Positions 50,425 to 58,798 of a DNA stretch of 64,000 nt are shown piece by piece. A program made the position numbers and the translations under genes. Position 1 is the first letter of the stretch, and each line of letters starts with the position of its first letter. The notes under the pieces are model-generated. The model worked only from the letters and a program-made list of their open reading frames with translations. It did no database searches and had not been told where the DNA came from. The stretch comes from a virus, in the IMG/VR virus record IMGVR_UViG_3300032235_000647, positions 1 to 64,000 of that record. The stretch is one strand, 5' to 3'.

Positions 50425-50981
50425 TAGTAAATTCTATCCTCTATTTGTACTTGTGATCTTCTTACCATGTGAGAAGTTGCAATTAAAAACATTCTTGCGT
50501 CTTCAAATTCGTTTGTACTCTTATTATACATTTTAGGCTGTCCACCAATTAAAGCATTTCTTCTTATATTATCTATTTCGTAATAAGTTTCATCAAATAA
50601 AATAATATCACCGATTTCAGGATATCCGTATTGTGAATTTTGAATTGCACCTACTGGAATCAGAGTTCCATTAATATCTCGTAATCTTGGAAGAGTCTCG
50701 GTCCGTAATCTCATTATATTAAATCTAAATTCGACCGATTGAGTTCTATCAGCACCAACTTCTCCATCATAACTAACATTAGGTGGTTCTCTATCTATGA
50801 TAGCCATCAAATTAGCAGGTGCATGCCAAACTTTACCTAAAGATTCACCATATAGATTAGTTTTAGTTTCACCAACTGATACTTTGAATAAAGTAATAGC
50901 TTGTTCAACTACATAATCTACAACTTCTTCGGCGATAGATTTTATAAAATTTAAATCGTTTGCATTATAAAACTTTGGCAT
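50424..50981 (-). CDS. neck/head-closure protein (gp14-like)
   Basis: NLYGES, YPEIGDIILFDETYYEI. Confidence 0.7.
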   Translation of the reverse strand: MPKFYNANDLNFIKSIAEEVVDYVVEQAITLFKVSVGETKTNLYGESLGKVWHAPANLMAIIDREPPNVSYDGEVGADRTQSVEFRFNIMRLRTETLPRLRDINGTLIPVGAIQNSQYGYPEIGDIILFDETYYEIDNIRRNALIGGQPKMYNKSTNEFEDARMFLIATSHMVRRSQVQIEDRIY

Positions 50982-50985
50982 CGTA

Positions 50986-52134
50986 TTATCCTATATAAAT
51001 TGCAAGTGGCACTTTTCCTATAATCTTTTGTTGTTGGTCAACCATTTCTGCCTCATTGGACATTCTAGTTTTTCTACTTACTTCTTCCAAGTTTTCTCTT
51101 AATTGAGTAATCAAGTTGTCCTTTTCAGTTTGAGCTTCTGCTCTTAAAGCAGCACCATCAAGGGAAACTTCTGAACCAGGAATTGGCACTGTATTATATT
51201 TCTCTCTAATAGCACCCAACATTTCTTTTGCAAGTGCAAGAGTATATTTTCTAATCCATTGTTTACCCACATCATTAATTTGTGAGTAAGTTGCAAAATT
51301 ATACTCAATATTAGAATAATCAGACATTACATTTGGTCTAACAACAGTTGAATTTTCTCTAAATTCAGTATCTACATAGTACTCAAACCATAATTGATAA
51401 TCGGAAGTTGGTATTGGGAATATTTTTAATTTATTATTTACAATATTGAATGTATGAGCCGATTTACGGAACTGGTCATTAAATTCAATTGCTTGAATTC
51501 TCAACATATCCTCATAAAGAGGCATTAATATGAATTGTGCAGCTGGTGAAAATGAGCCAAATCCAAATTCATCAATTAAGTTTAATGTACCTTGACCTGA
51601 TACTGAATAAGGGTCAAAGAATCGATTGATTGCAGGAGTTGCCTCATAAAATACTCTAGTTACTGATATTCTTTCACCACCTTCGGCTACATCAGCAAAT
51701 TCTTGTAAATCATAATCTTGTACACCCTCAGTCATATTAATAGAACCAGATTTTATACTAGTTCTACCACCTACTCCTGCTTGACTTCCGTATGCTTGCG
51801 AAATTTCAATTACATTATTTAATTCTGAGCCATTTACTTGTTTTCCAGTATAATTTACACCAGTTGGTCTACCTTGTAATGCACCAAGATTATTTCGAAT
51901 ATTGAATTGATTTACTTGGGCAGAATATTCAGAAACAGCCTCTTCAAATACTGCAAAAAAGTTTTCACCTTCTAATTCTATATCAATTATAGGATACCCA
52001 AGGCGTTTAGCACACCAAGATGCAACTTTTGGTGCTTCTGTTCTAAATTCAGAATCAGAATCATAAATACCAAAAGGGGTTGATGAACCCGTTACAAATA
52101 CAGCTGAACCTGTCCAAATTCGTGCTTGAGACAT
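50986..52134 (-). CDS. neck protein (gp13-like)
   Basis: RLGYPIIDIEL, WIRKYTLALAKEMLGAIREKY..PG..VSLDG. Confidence 0.85.
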   Translation of the reverse strand: MSQARIWTGSAVFVTGSSTPFGIYDSDSEFRTEAPKVASWCAKRLGYPIIDIELEGENFFAVFEEAVSEYSAQVNQFNIRNNLGALQGRPTGVNYTGKQVNGSELNNVIEISQAYGSQAGVGGRTSIKSGSINMTEGVQDYDLQEFADVAEGGERISVTRVFYEATPAINRFFDPYSVSGQGTLNLIDEFGFGSFSPAAQFILMPLYEDMLRIQAIEFNDQFRKSAHTFNIVNNKLKIFPIPTSDYQLWFEYYVDTEFRENSTVVRPNVMSDYSNIEYNFATYSQINDVGKQWIRKYTLALAKEMLGAIREKYNTVPIPGSEVSLDGAALRAEAQTEKDNLITQLRENLEEVSRKTRMSNEAEMVDQQQKIIGKVPLAIYIG

Positions 52135-52182
52135 ATTAGTTTTCCTATTTTATACAATTATACACCTATAAATATAAACAAC

Positions 52183-52210
52183 AAAAAAAGGGAGTGAAAA
52201 TCACTCCCTT
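52183..52210 (-). terminator. intrinsic terminator
   Basis: aagggagtga / tcactccctt stem plus U-run. Confidence 0.85.
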
Positions 52211-52238
52211 AATTAAAAACCAAGATAAAAAAATGGTA

Positions 52239-52592
52239 TTAATTTAAGTATTTTAATTTGTATAAAGTTTGATAAATTAACTTTTCTATTTCTTGTACTA
52301 TATTATCAATAAATGGGTCTTTGATTGGTCTTGCCTTTTCAATAAATTTTATGATTTTACCAAAATATTCAATTACTTGTTCTTTTGATTCGTATTGTTC
52401 GATTTTAGATACATTTTTATATTTTAGAATACCATATTTACCTTGATATGCCTCTGCAAGTTCATCGGTGATATCACCAACTGAATCATAATAAGAACCT
52501 AACGCTTTATGTTCTGCAAATGATTTCGTTTGTAGGTGAAAAATGTGAACTTGATTTACTGAATGCAGTAATACTGAAATTAAATCTTCCAT
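52239..52592 (-). CDS. ferritin/Dps-like four-helix protein (DUF5856-like)
   Basis: HIFHLQTKSFAEHKALGSYY...D.LAEAYQGKYG...YKLKYL. Confidence 0.75.
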   Translation of the reverse strand: MEDLISVLLHSVNQVHIFHLQTKSFAEHKALGSYYDSVGDITDELAEAYQGKYGILKYKNVSKIEQYESKEQVIEYFGKIIKFIEKARPIKDPFIDNIVQEIEKLIYQTLYKLKYLN

Positions 52593-52647
52593 TTAGTATA
52601 TTCCTATTAAATTTACTAATAAATATATACCAAAAAGTTTTTACGAA

Positions 52648-52911
52648 TTATTTAACCCATTCCATGTACCCGTATTCTATGGCATCTAGGTAATCTGTAA
52701 TAATTAGATTATCCCACCCACCCTTCTTATCAGCATCTATCTCTAAATGTAGGTATGAGAACTCCATTACTTCATACAATACATTATTTTCGAACGAATT
52801 ATTAACAATATAATCAAATGTTATTTGATATTCTGAAAATTCATCAACCATCTTGTGTTTAAATTCCCAAAACCACTTTTCTAAATTAGTTTGTGCAACT
52901 TCTTGTGTCAT
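52648..52911 (-). CDS. early hypothetical protein
   Basis: ORF 87 aa. Confidence 0.65.
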   Translation of the reverse strand: MTQEVAQTNLEKWFWEFKHKMVDEFSEYQITFDYIVNNSFENNVLYEVMEFSYLHLEIDADKKGGWDNLIITDYLDAIEYGYMEWVK

Positions 52912-52917
52912 TTTAGA

Positions 52918-53169
52918 TTAATTTAAATACGAATACTGATTTGCTGCTACAATTACTTTTAGATTATTATAGCATTCATTATCTGCCTTTGAAATTGCTC
53001 CGAACAAATCGTTATCTACTATCGATTGAACGAAACTACCACCTTGTAATCCTTTACCATCTCTAGTCATCATTACTGATGCAATAATTCTGATAATATG
53101 AGGATTGGTTACATCATATTGTAATGCAAATTCCTCTGCTGCTGTTTGATACTGATTTACTATGTCCAT
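52918..53169 (-). CDS. early hypothetical protein
   Basis: ORF 83 aa, GGSFVQSIVDNDL..A...AD. Confidence 0.65.
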   Translation of the reverse strand: MDIVNQYQTAAEEFALQYDVTNPHIIRIIASVMMTRDGKGLQGGSFVQSIVDNDLFGAISKADNECYNNLKVIVAANQYSYLN

Positions 53170-53182
53170 AATTTTTTATATT

Positions 53183-53467
53183 TTATTTTTTAAAAACTGA
53201 TTCTTTCCATGCTTCATTCAATTCCTCTTTACTAAATCCATGTTCTAAAAAGAAAGGGAATAGTTTGGTTTTTTTCCACTCCGTTAATTCTTTATTGTAA
53301 TTTGAATTATGTACAGTTACTTGTCCTGCTGGTGTGTAGGTGTTACCCATATTAGTACGATTCCTTCGTTTTGGTGCAGGACTGATAAGAGATGAATAAT
53401 ACATCATCGCTCTTCGTAATCCTTCTTCATTTACAACTGTCAAAACTTTGGAAACTAAATCGTTCAT
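53183..53467 (-). CDS. early hypothetical protein
   Basis: ORF 94 aa. Confidence 0.65.
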   Translation of the reverse strand: MNDLVSKVLTVVNEEGLRRAMMYYSSLISPAPKRRNRTNMGNTYTPAGQVTVHNSNYNKELTEWKKTKLFPFFLEHGFSKEELNEAWKESVFKK

Positions 53468-53480
53468 AGTATAGGGAGTT

Positions 53481-53702
53481 TTATTTCAATTTATAGGAGA
53501 ATAATGTACCACAATCATCATCATCCAAACTATCCTCCACAACGGTAATCGTATCACCAATTATGGATTGAAGTTTATTTACATCTACTCGTTTCCAATA
53601 TCCAAATCGGAGAAACATCCGAGTAGTACCAACTACATTATCTACTTTGTACTCACCGAATTCGGCTTGGATTTGTTCGTGGAGAAGGGAAGAAATATTC
53701 AT
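53481..53702 (-). CDS. early hypothetical protein
   Basis: ORF 73 aa, LRFGYW..DDDCG; AACCCCT leader. Confidence 0.65.
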   Translation of the reverse strand: MNISSLLHEQIQAEFGEYKVDNVVGTTRMFLRFGYWKRVDVNKLQSIIGDTITVVEDSLDDDDCGTLFSYKLK

Positions 53703-53730
53703 AATTTTAGAGGTTAGGGGTTTAATTTTT

Positions 53731-53778
53731 ATTACTTAACAAATATATAAAAAAGACCTGAATAATCCAAGTCTTTTC
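53731..53778 (-). promoter_or_regulatory. early (host-type) promoter
   Basis: aagaCTTGgatt-...-TATATTTG-ttaaGTAAT. Confidence 0.7.
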
Positions 53779-53788
53779 GAAAATATTT

Positions 53789-53998
53789 TTAATATTTTTT
53801 TGCTGATTCAAGGTGTAGTAGTATTGTTTTTAATCCACCTTTTAGATATCCCGCCTCAAATGCCAGTTGAGACATCAATTCAGGAGAATGTTCCTTAGAA
53901 GCAGGTTCGGCCTCAGTCAAGGTAGAGTGGATTGTAGATTCAATCGAATTAACTAATTCAATTAGTTGGGCTTTGGTGTAAGTTCGGTAATTATACAT
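53789..53998 (-). CDS. early hypothetical protein
   Basis: ORF 69 aa; AACCCCT leader. Confidence 0.65.
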   Translation of the reverse strand: MYNYRTYTKAQLIELVNSIESTIHSTLTEAEPASKEHSPELMSQLAFEAGYLKGGLKTILLHLESAKKY

Positions 53999-54018
53999 AT
54001 TGTTTAGGGGTTTAAAGG

Positions 54019-54258
54019 TTAAACATCAGCAGATGCCAACCAGAGGTCATAAATAACATTATATTCAGTAGTAGTAATTTCGGATAAGTTCCAAAATACT
54101 CGTTCTCTAATCAAACTATCACTTACTCCGATGTATTCGTACACATCTTCGTAGTTATTCAAAACCCTAACCAAACCATCAAAAGTGGCACTAGGGTTAA
54201 TTTCATTACCCAATTCATCTGTTGGGAAGTTTGCGAGGTAGTATTCTCTGATATTCAT
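54019..54258 (-). CDS. early hypothetical protein
   Basis: Start reassigned to MNIREYY; DSLIRERVF motif. Confidence 0.7.
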   Translation of the reverse strand: MNIREYYLANFPTDELGNEINPSATFDGLVRVLNNYEDVYEYIGVSDSLIRERVFWNLSEITTTEYNVIYDLWLASADV

Positions 54259-54278
54259 ATTTTTAAGTTTTAGTGTCT

Positions 54279-54330
54279 CTCTCATTACAGAACTAAAATA
54301 CAAAGAAAAGCCTAGAATTCCAAATGTTTA
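54279..54330 (-). promoter_or_regulatory. early (host-type) promoter
   Basis: TTTGgaatt-...-TATTTTAG-ttctGTAATGAGAG. Confidence 0.7.
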
Positions 54331-54354
54331 GGAAAATATTTTTAAATTATTTTT

Positions 54355-54490
54355 AAAATAAAAACCCACCACACTTGAGACCGAGAGAGAGAGAGTTAGT
54401 GTGTGGTGGGTGACCCAGGATGGATACTTTATATAGGAGAGAATGGTCTCAAAAAATAGGAGAACCTTGTATATCGCTAGAGTAGCATCT
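54355..54490 (-). ncRNA. candidate structured RNA / unusual large-loop terminator
   Basis: 11-bp stem acccaccacac/gtgtggtgggt with U-run; loop GGUCUCAA complementary to upstream UUGAGACC; (CU)n tract. Confidence 0.4.
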
Positions 54491-54702
54491 CAATCGCGAT
54501 AAGGGTTTTGTGGATGTGATTCCTTTGATGATTTTCCTATCATCATTACCAATACGAAACTGATAAGAGAACTCACCACCACTACTTCAAATGGGTGTCT
54601 TGCCCCTAACAAGACAATATCCCAGAAGAAGTAGGTGATGGGTTCAATGAAAAGGAGAAAACTAATAAATAAAACCAAGAAAACAAACATCAAATATTTC
54701 AT
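54490..54702 (-). CDS. small membrane protein (two hydrophobic segments)
   Basis: ORF 70 aa; AACCCCCT leader. Confidence 0.6.
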   Translation of the reverse strand: MKYLMFVFLVLFISFLLFIEPITYFFWDIVLLGARHPFEVVVVSSLISFVLVMMIGKSSKESHPQNPYRD

Positions 54703-54715
54703 ATCGTATAGGGGG

Positions 54716-54889
54716 TTATTTTTTTCTATTTCTTAATTGCAGTATAAGTTGGTATCCATCAAACTCGGCCTCTTTAAGAGAGAATCCATTTTGTAAGTTC
54801 ATCAATCTAGTTGATTCGTAGATTTTTCGTTCTTCAGGAGTCAATGACGCGAAGAATTCAAAGTTGGGGGAGTTGTTGTTAGTACTCAT
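54716..54889 (-). CDS. early small protein (57 aa)
   Basis: Manual: MSTNNNSPNFEFFASLTPEERKIY...; AACCCCT leader. Confidence 0.6.
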   Translation of the reverse strand: MSTNNNSPNFEFFASLTPEERKIYESTRLMNLQNGFSLKEAEFDGYQLILQLRNRKK

Positions 54890-54890
54890 G

Positions 54891-55010
54891 TTATGAGGGG
54901 TTGATTAGTTCGTATTCAGTATAGGGTTCTAGTATCCCTGATTCATTTAATCGGTTCTTGGTGATTTCTCTAACCCAGCCGAGTCCGTTGATGTAGAAGG
55001 TGTCTTTCAT
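54891..55010 (-). CDS. early small protein (39 aa)
   Basis: Manual: MKDTFYINGLGWVREIT...; first gene after promoter. Confidence 0.55.
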   Translation of the reverse strand: MKDTFYINGLGWVREITKNRLNESGILEPYTEYELINPS

Positions 55011-55013
55011 ATC

Positions 55014-55070
55014 TTTATCTCTTATTACAATACTAATGTACGAAACTTTGCCGAGTATTCCAAATGTTTT
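55014..55070 (-). promoter_or_regulatory. early (host-type) promoter
   Basis: TTTGgaat-...-TACATTAG-tattGTAATAAGAGATAAA. Confidence 0.7.
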
Positions 55071-55086
55071 AGGAATTATTTTTAGA

Positions 55087-55236
55087 TTATTTACTTTCTT
55101 TTATTTTATCAATGAACTTTCTCATCGCTTCATGTATTCTTTGGACAGGGTACGGACCTTGTTCTGTCTCATCCCATAGTTGCCAGTCTTCATACGTGAT
55201 ATAATAAAATTCTTCAAGTTGCTCTATAATATTCAT
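55087..55236 (-). CDS. early small protein (49 aa)
   Basis: Manual: MNIIEQLEEFYYITYEDWQLWD... Confidence 0.55.
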   Translation of the reverse strand: MNIIEQLEEFYYITYEDWQLWDETEQGPYPVQRIHEAMRKFIDKIKESK

Positions 55237-55239
55237 ATC

Positions 55240-55404
55240 TTATCCTTTTAAACTTATTGTTAAATCAAACTGCTTTTGAATAAAATAATCTAACTTGTGA
55301 TGGATATGGTCTATTTCTCTAATATCGCCACTCTTTACGGCATCCATTAATTTATAAGTCCAATATTCAATTTTACTCATATAACCATTTTCGTAAGTCT
55401 TCAT
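55240..55404 (-). CDS. early small protein (54 aa)
   Basis: Manual: MKTYENGYMSKIEYWTYKL...KLDYFIQKQ. Confidence 0.6.
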   Translation of the reverse strand: MKTYENGYMSKIEYWTYKLMDAVKSGDIREIDHIHHKLDYFIQKQFDLTISLKG

Positions 55405-55405
55405 A

Positions 55406-55555
55406 TTAATTCAATCCTAGTGTCCAAACTCCTTCTTCCATTTGATTGACGAAGTGTCTTCTCGTCATTACTCTTTCTACTCCATTAGGGAATAGAACCA
55501 AGACCATAGAGTGGCCGTTGTAGAGCCAGTGTCGGGTGATGTGTGGTTGTGTCAT
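55406..55555 (-). CDS. early small protein (49 aa)
   Basis: Manual: MTQPHITRHWLYNGHSMVLV...; AACCCCT leader. Confidence 0.55.
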   Translation of the reverse strand: MTQPHITRHWLYNGHSMVLVLFPNGVERVMTRRHFVNQMEEGVWTLGLN

Positions 55556-55567
55556 ATCTTTTAGGGG

Positions 55568-55624
55568 TTATCTCTTATTACTTTATAAATGTAGTAAAAA
55601 AACCTGAATAATCCTAGTCTTTTA
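55568..55624 (-). promoter_or_regulatory. early (host-type) promoter
   Basis: aagaCTAGgatt-...-TACATTTA-taaaGTAATAAGAGATAA. Confidence 0.65.
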
Positions 55625-55635
55625 CCAAATATTTT

Positions 55636-55914
55636 TTAATCTACTGGATAAAATTTTACACTCAATATTACTTCGGCCGGCTTGGTTGCCAATACTGTCT
55701 CCACATACTTATTAGCCCGTTCTCTTGCACCAAAGTGTCCAAACTCCATTACATCAAAAAATTTCAGATTTACTTTGTACAATTTTTTAGGAAATCTACC
55801 ATCACCATAGTATACTCTGGTCTCTATCTTCTCTCGTTTTACATTAGGAAGTTTCATTAGAGAAGTGATTTTATTAGAGGAAGCAGATACGGAGAAGAAA
55901 TCAAAATCGTTCAT
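55636..55914 (-). CDS. early hypothetical protein
   Basis: ORF 92 aa. Confidence 0.7.
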   Translation of the reverse strand: MNDFDFFSVSASSNKITSLMKLPNVKREKIETRVYYGDGRFPKKLYKVNLKFFDVMEFGHFGARERANKYVETVLATKPAEVILSVKFYPVD

Positions 55915-55932
55915 ATTAGTAAGGGTTTAAGG

Positions 55933-55990
55933 TTTATCTCTTATTACAATACTAATATAGGTAAAAAAACCCGTAATTCCAAGTCTTTTT
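55933..55990 (-). promoter_or_regulatory. early (host-type) promoter
   Basis: aagaCTTGgaatt-...-TATATTAG-tattGTAATAAGAGATAAA. Confidence 0.7.
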
Positions 55991-56016
55991 GAAAATATTT
56001 AAAAAAAAAAAGATAT

Positions 56017-56044
56017 AAAAAAAAGGGATGATTTCTCATCCCTT
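56017..56044 (-). terminator. intrinsic terminator
   Basis: aagggatga / tcatccctt stem plus U-run. Confidence 0.85.
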
Positions 56045-56064
56045 GATTAGTATTTTTTATTTTA

Positions 56065-56913
56065 TTATGGGCAACTACCAGTAGCTACAATTAATCCACT
56101 ACCACTTACTTGATAATAAACAGAACCTGTGGCATAAAAACCATCAACTGCAGGATTCCATGCATCTGAATTTTGATATAGTTTATTACCAACTTGTAGA
56201 TTTGAACCCGATATAATATAGTATGAACCAAAAGCATCACCATTACATATATTAGCTTCAAGTGCTTCGTATGCCATTGTAAACATAGTATGATTACCAT
56301 TGGTAACATCAAATGTCCAACCTCTTCCATTAAGAACAAAAAGTGATGCTCTTCCTACTTGTCCTGGTGCAGAGTTTGTTCCAGTAGTATTATTTTCAAG
56401 ACCAACATATCCATTTGAAACACTACCACTAGCTAATTCTAAAAGAATATTATCTACTGCGGTTTGTGAAAATCCACAATCATTTAATGTTACTTCATTT
56501 CCATTATCACCTATTGGTTGATTTCTTGATATTATTAATTCGGTTAATCCTAAATTACCACTAAAATCAATGTATTCTAATGAAGGTAAATTAGATATAT
56601 CTACCGAACCTACTAACCCACATTGGTCGAAATCTATATATGTTAAAGAAGTACAATCTGATAAATCAGGAAATCCTGCTGAAAGGTCGTTATCATCTAA
56701 ATAAAGTGTTTCTAATGATGTACATCCACTTAAATTAACCGATACGGGGGAATTAGTACTACTTCCTGGTAAATCATTATCACTCAAATCTACAATAGTA
56801 AGTGATGATAATCCAGATAAATCAACAGATGTTAAACTATTGTAATCTGCTCTAAATTGTTGTATATTTGTTAGGTTTTGAAGGCCTGTAAATGAAGTTA
56901 TTGTTGCTCCCAT
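56065..56913 (-). CDS. leucine-rich repeat protein
   Basis: LxxLxxLxLxxNxL repeats (LSGLSSLTIVDLSDNDL etc.). Confidence 0.85.
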   Translation of the reverse strand: MGATITSFTGLQNLTNIQQFRADYNSLTSVDLSGLSSLTIVDLSDNDLPGSSTNSPVSVNLSGCTSLETLYLDDNDLSAGFPDLSDCTSLTYIDFDQCGLVGSVDISNLPSLEYIDFSGNLGLTELIISRNQPIGDNGNEVTLNDCGFSQTAVDNILLELASGSVSNGYVGLENNTTGTNSAPGQVGRASLFVLNGRGWTFDVTNGNHTMFTMAYEALEANICNGDAFGSYYIISGSNLQVGNKLYQNSDAWNPAVDGFYATGSVYYQVSGSGLIVATGSCP

Positions 56914-56925
56914 AATATTTTATTT

Positions 56926-57384
56926 TTAATCGTCTCCGTTAAATTCTAATTGAGTTACCACACTTATATCATCAAAACATAATCTAACAGTATATTCCGT
57001 ATCAGAATCTGCGTAAGTATGATTTATTTCAAGTTGATTTACACCATCTACTTCACCAGTTTCAGTTTCACCATCACCCCATGTTATTGTGTAATTGGTT
57101 GGTGCAGATGTGTTAATCCAAAATCTACATTCAGTTCCATCGGTTGTGTTGTTTACGAATTCAATACATCCAGAAGGTAACCCTTGTTGGATAACTGTAG
57201 CAACTGCACTACCAGCAGAACTTGGTACAACTTGTTGTTGAACAAGTAATTGTTGTGTTAAATATACCTCGTGTATCAAATTTTGATTGTAAATTTCATA
57301 CTCAATTAATTGTCTACTAAGAGGTAATTGGGCGATATGTGGTAGGCTAGAAAACTGATGCCACGAAAGTCCATTTATTATCAT
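56926..57384 (-). CDS. PKD-like domain protein
   Basis: YTITWGDG...HTYAD...YTVRL. Confidence 0.75.
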   Translation of the reverse strand: MIINGLSWHQFSSLPHIAQLPLSRQLIEYEIYNQNLIHEVYLTQQLLVQQQVVPSSAGSAVATVIQQGLPSGCIEFVNNTTDGTECRFWINTSAPTNYTITWGDGETETGEVDGVNQLEINHTYADSDTEYTVRLCFDDISVVTQLEFNGDD

Positions 57385-57436
57385 ATATTGTGTGTTTTAA
57401 AGATATAAGTATAAATATCATCCATACTAATTTAAC

Positions 57437-57465
57437 AAAAAAAAGGGAGAACTTTCGCTCTCCCT
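57437..57465 (-). terminator. intrinsic terminator
   Basis: agggaga / tctccct stem plus U8. Confidence 0.75.
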
Positions 57466-57485
57466 CTAATTTATTATTTCACTCT

Positions 57486-58019
57486 TTATATATTTGAAAT
57501 TATTTGATTTATTTTTTCAGAATACAGCGGATGGTTTTTATATTGAATAAGCAAATTATGATAAAATTCTAATTTATCTTCAATCCGTTGTCCATACGGT
57601 TGAGAAGTATCCCATAATTCTAAATTTTCTATTCTATTATCGGTTTTTATACCATTTCTGTGATGTATGTTCTGATTTTTAGTAAGTGTAACTCCATAAT
57701 ACTCTTCATACACAACTCTATGTTCTAGTTTACCTCTATTTTTACCATGTTTTATCACATTATAACCTCTACTACTGATACTACCATTACCACCTTTCCA
57801 TCCAAAGTTATTTGAACCACTCATGCGTTCTTTGGCAACCTCTTTATTATAACATCCACATGATTTTACAATACCTCGTGTTAAATCTGATGTTAGATGT
57901 GTTTTAATCGTACCACACTCACAAACACACTCCCATTTCTTTTGTTTTCTACCATTGTTGGTAATCCAAACTGGTTTGATAACCTTAAATCTATTAAATT
58001 GTTTGTTAGTTAAATCCAT
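57486..58019 (-). CDS. HNH homing endonuclease
   Basis: WECVCECG, KSCGC, EHRVV, IHHRNGIKTDNRIENLELW. Confidence 0.9.
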   Translation of the reverse strand: MDLTNKQFNRFKVIKPVWITNNGRKQKKWECVCECGTIKTHLTSDLTRGIVKSCGCYNKEVAKERMSGSNNFGWKGGNGSISSRGYNVIKHGKNRGKLEHRVVYEEYYGVTLTKNQNIHHRNGIKTDNRIENLELWDTSQPYGQRIEDKLEFYHNLLIQYKNHPLYSEKINQIISNI

Positions 58020-58022
58020 ATA

Positions 58023-58054
58023 ACTAATATACGATTTTTTTAGCAGTTTTCAAA
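58023..58054 (-). promoter_or_regulatory. host-type promoter for the HNH gene
   Basis: TTTG-N19-TATATTAG just before the ATG. Confidence 0.5.
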
Positions 58055-58059
58055 ATATT

Positions 58060-58701
58060 TCACCATTTTTTTCTATTTTCTTCCCAAGTAATCATTCGTA
58101 AGTTTTCCATCTTGCCTATTTCATCTGCAGGTATTCCTTTTTCCCAGCCATCATTTATAGAAACAACATGGTCTATTTGATATGCTCCTATTACACCATT
58201 CCTACCCCGTTTATCAAAGTTTGGTAATGTTGTTAAATCATTTCTATAAGTATATTTCCAAACTTCTCTCTTGTAAAATTGTTTTTTGGGATATTTTTCT
58301 ACATATTCATCCCACGATGAGAAACCTGCTTTAGTTGCTCTCATTTGTTTAATATGTTCTTCAGTTATATTATTGATAAATGTTTTACCATATTTAATTG
58401 TTGCACAAGATATGCATAATTTCTTACCTCGTATTCCATTATCTCTACTCTTTTCAGATATATGGTAAATTTTAGTATCACATGATGGGCAAAATCTGTG
58501 AAATGGTTTGTTTATTTCATTCAATTTATTTCGTAAATGAGGTTTCCATCCCAATTCCATTTTTTTGTGAACAATCTTGCTATTTTGTTCTGATTGACAC
58601 GATTTACATTTAGAATTTCTCTTTTTTGCATTATACCAACTTCTTTTATTGGTATATTCAATTTCACTATTACAAATAGGACAATTTCTTATATTTGTCA
58701 T
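58060..58701 (-). CDS. Zn-finger HNH-like endonuclease
   Basis: Four CxxC pairs; YQIDHVVSI...NLRMITWEEN. Confidence 0.75.
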   Translation of the reverse strand: MTNIRNCPICNSEIEYTNKRSWYNAKKRNSKCKSCQSEQNSKIVHKKMELGWKPHLRNKLNEINKPFHRFCPSCDTKIYHISEKSRDNGIRGKKLCISCATIKYGKTFINNITEEHIKQMRATKAGFSSWDEYVEKYPKKQFYKREVWKYTYRNDLTTLPNFDKRGRNGVIGAYQIDHVVSINDGWEKGIPADEIGKMENLRMITWEENRKKW

Positions 58702-58735
58702 ACTACCTCTTTTCTATGTATTTACATATAAATAT

Positions 58736-58767
58736 AAAAAAAAAGAGGGAAACCGAAATTTCCCTCT
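58736..58767 (-). terminator. terminator after major capsid gene
   Basis: agagggaaa / tttccctct stem plus U9. Confidence 0.85.
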
Positions 58768-58798
58768 AATTTTACTAAGAATATTTACTCTAAATAGA

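Noticed and set aside
53730-56000. Semi-regular intergenic repeats as a CRISPR array
   Set aside because: They are degenerate, hundreds of nt apart and separated by intact ORFs; better explained as promoters.
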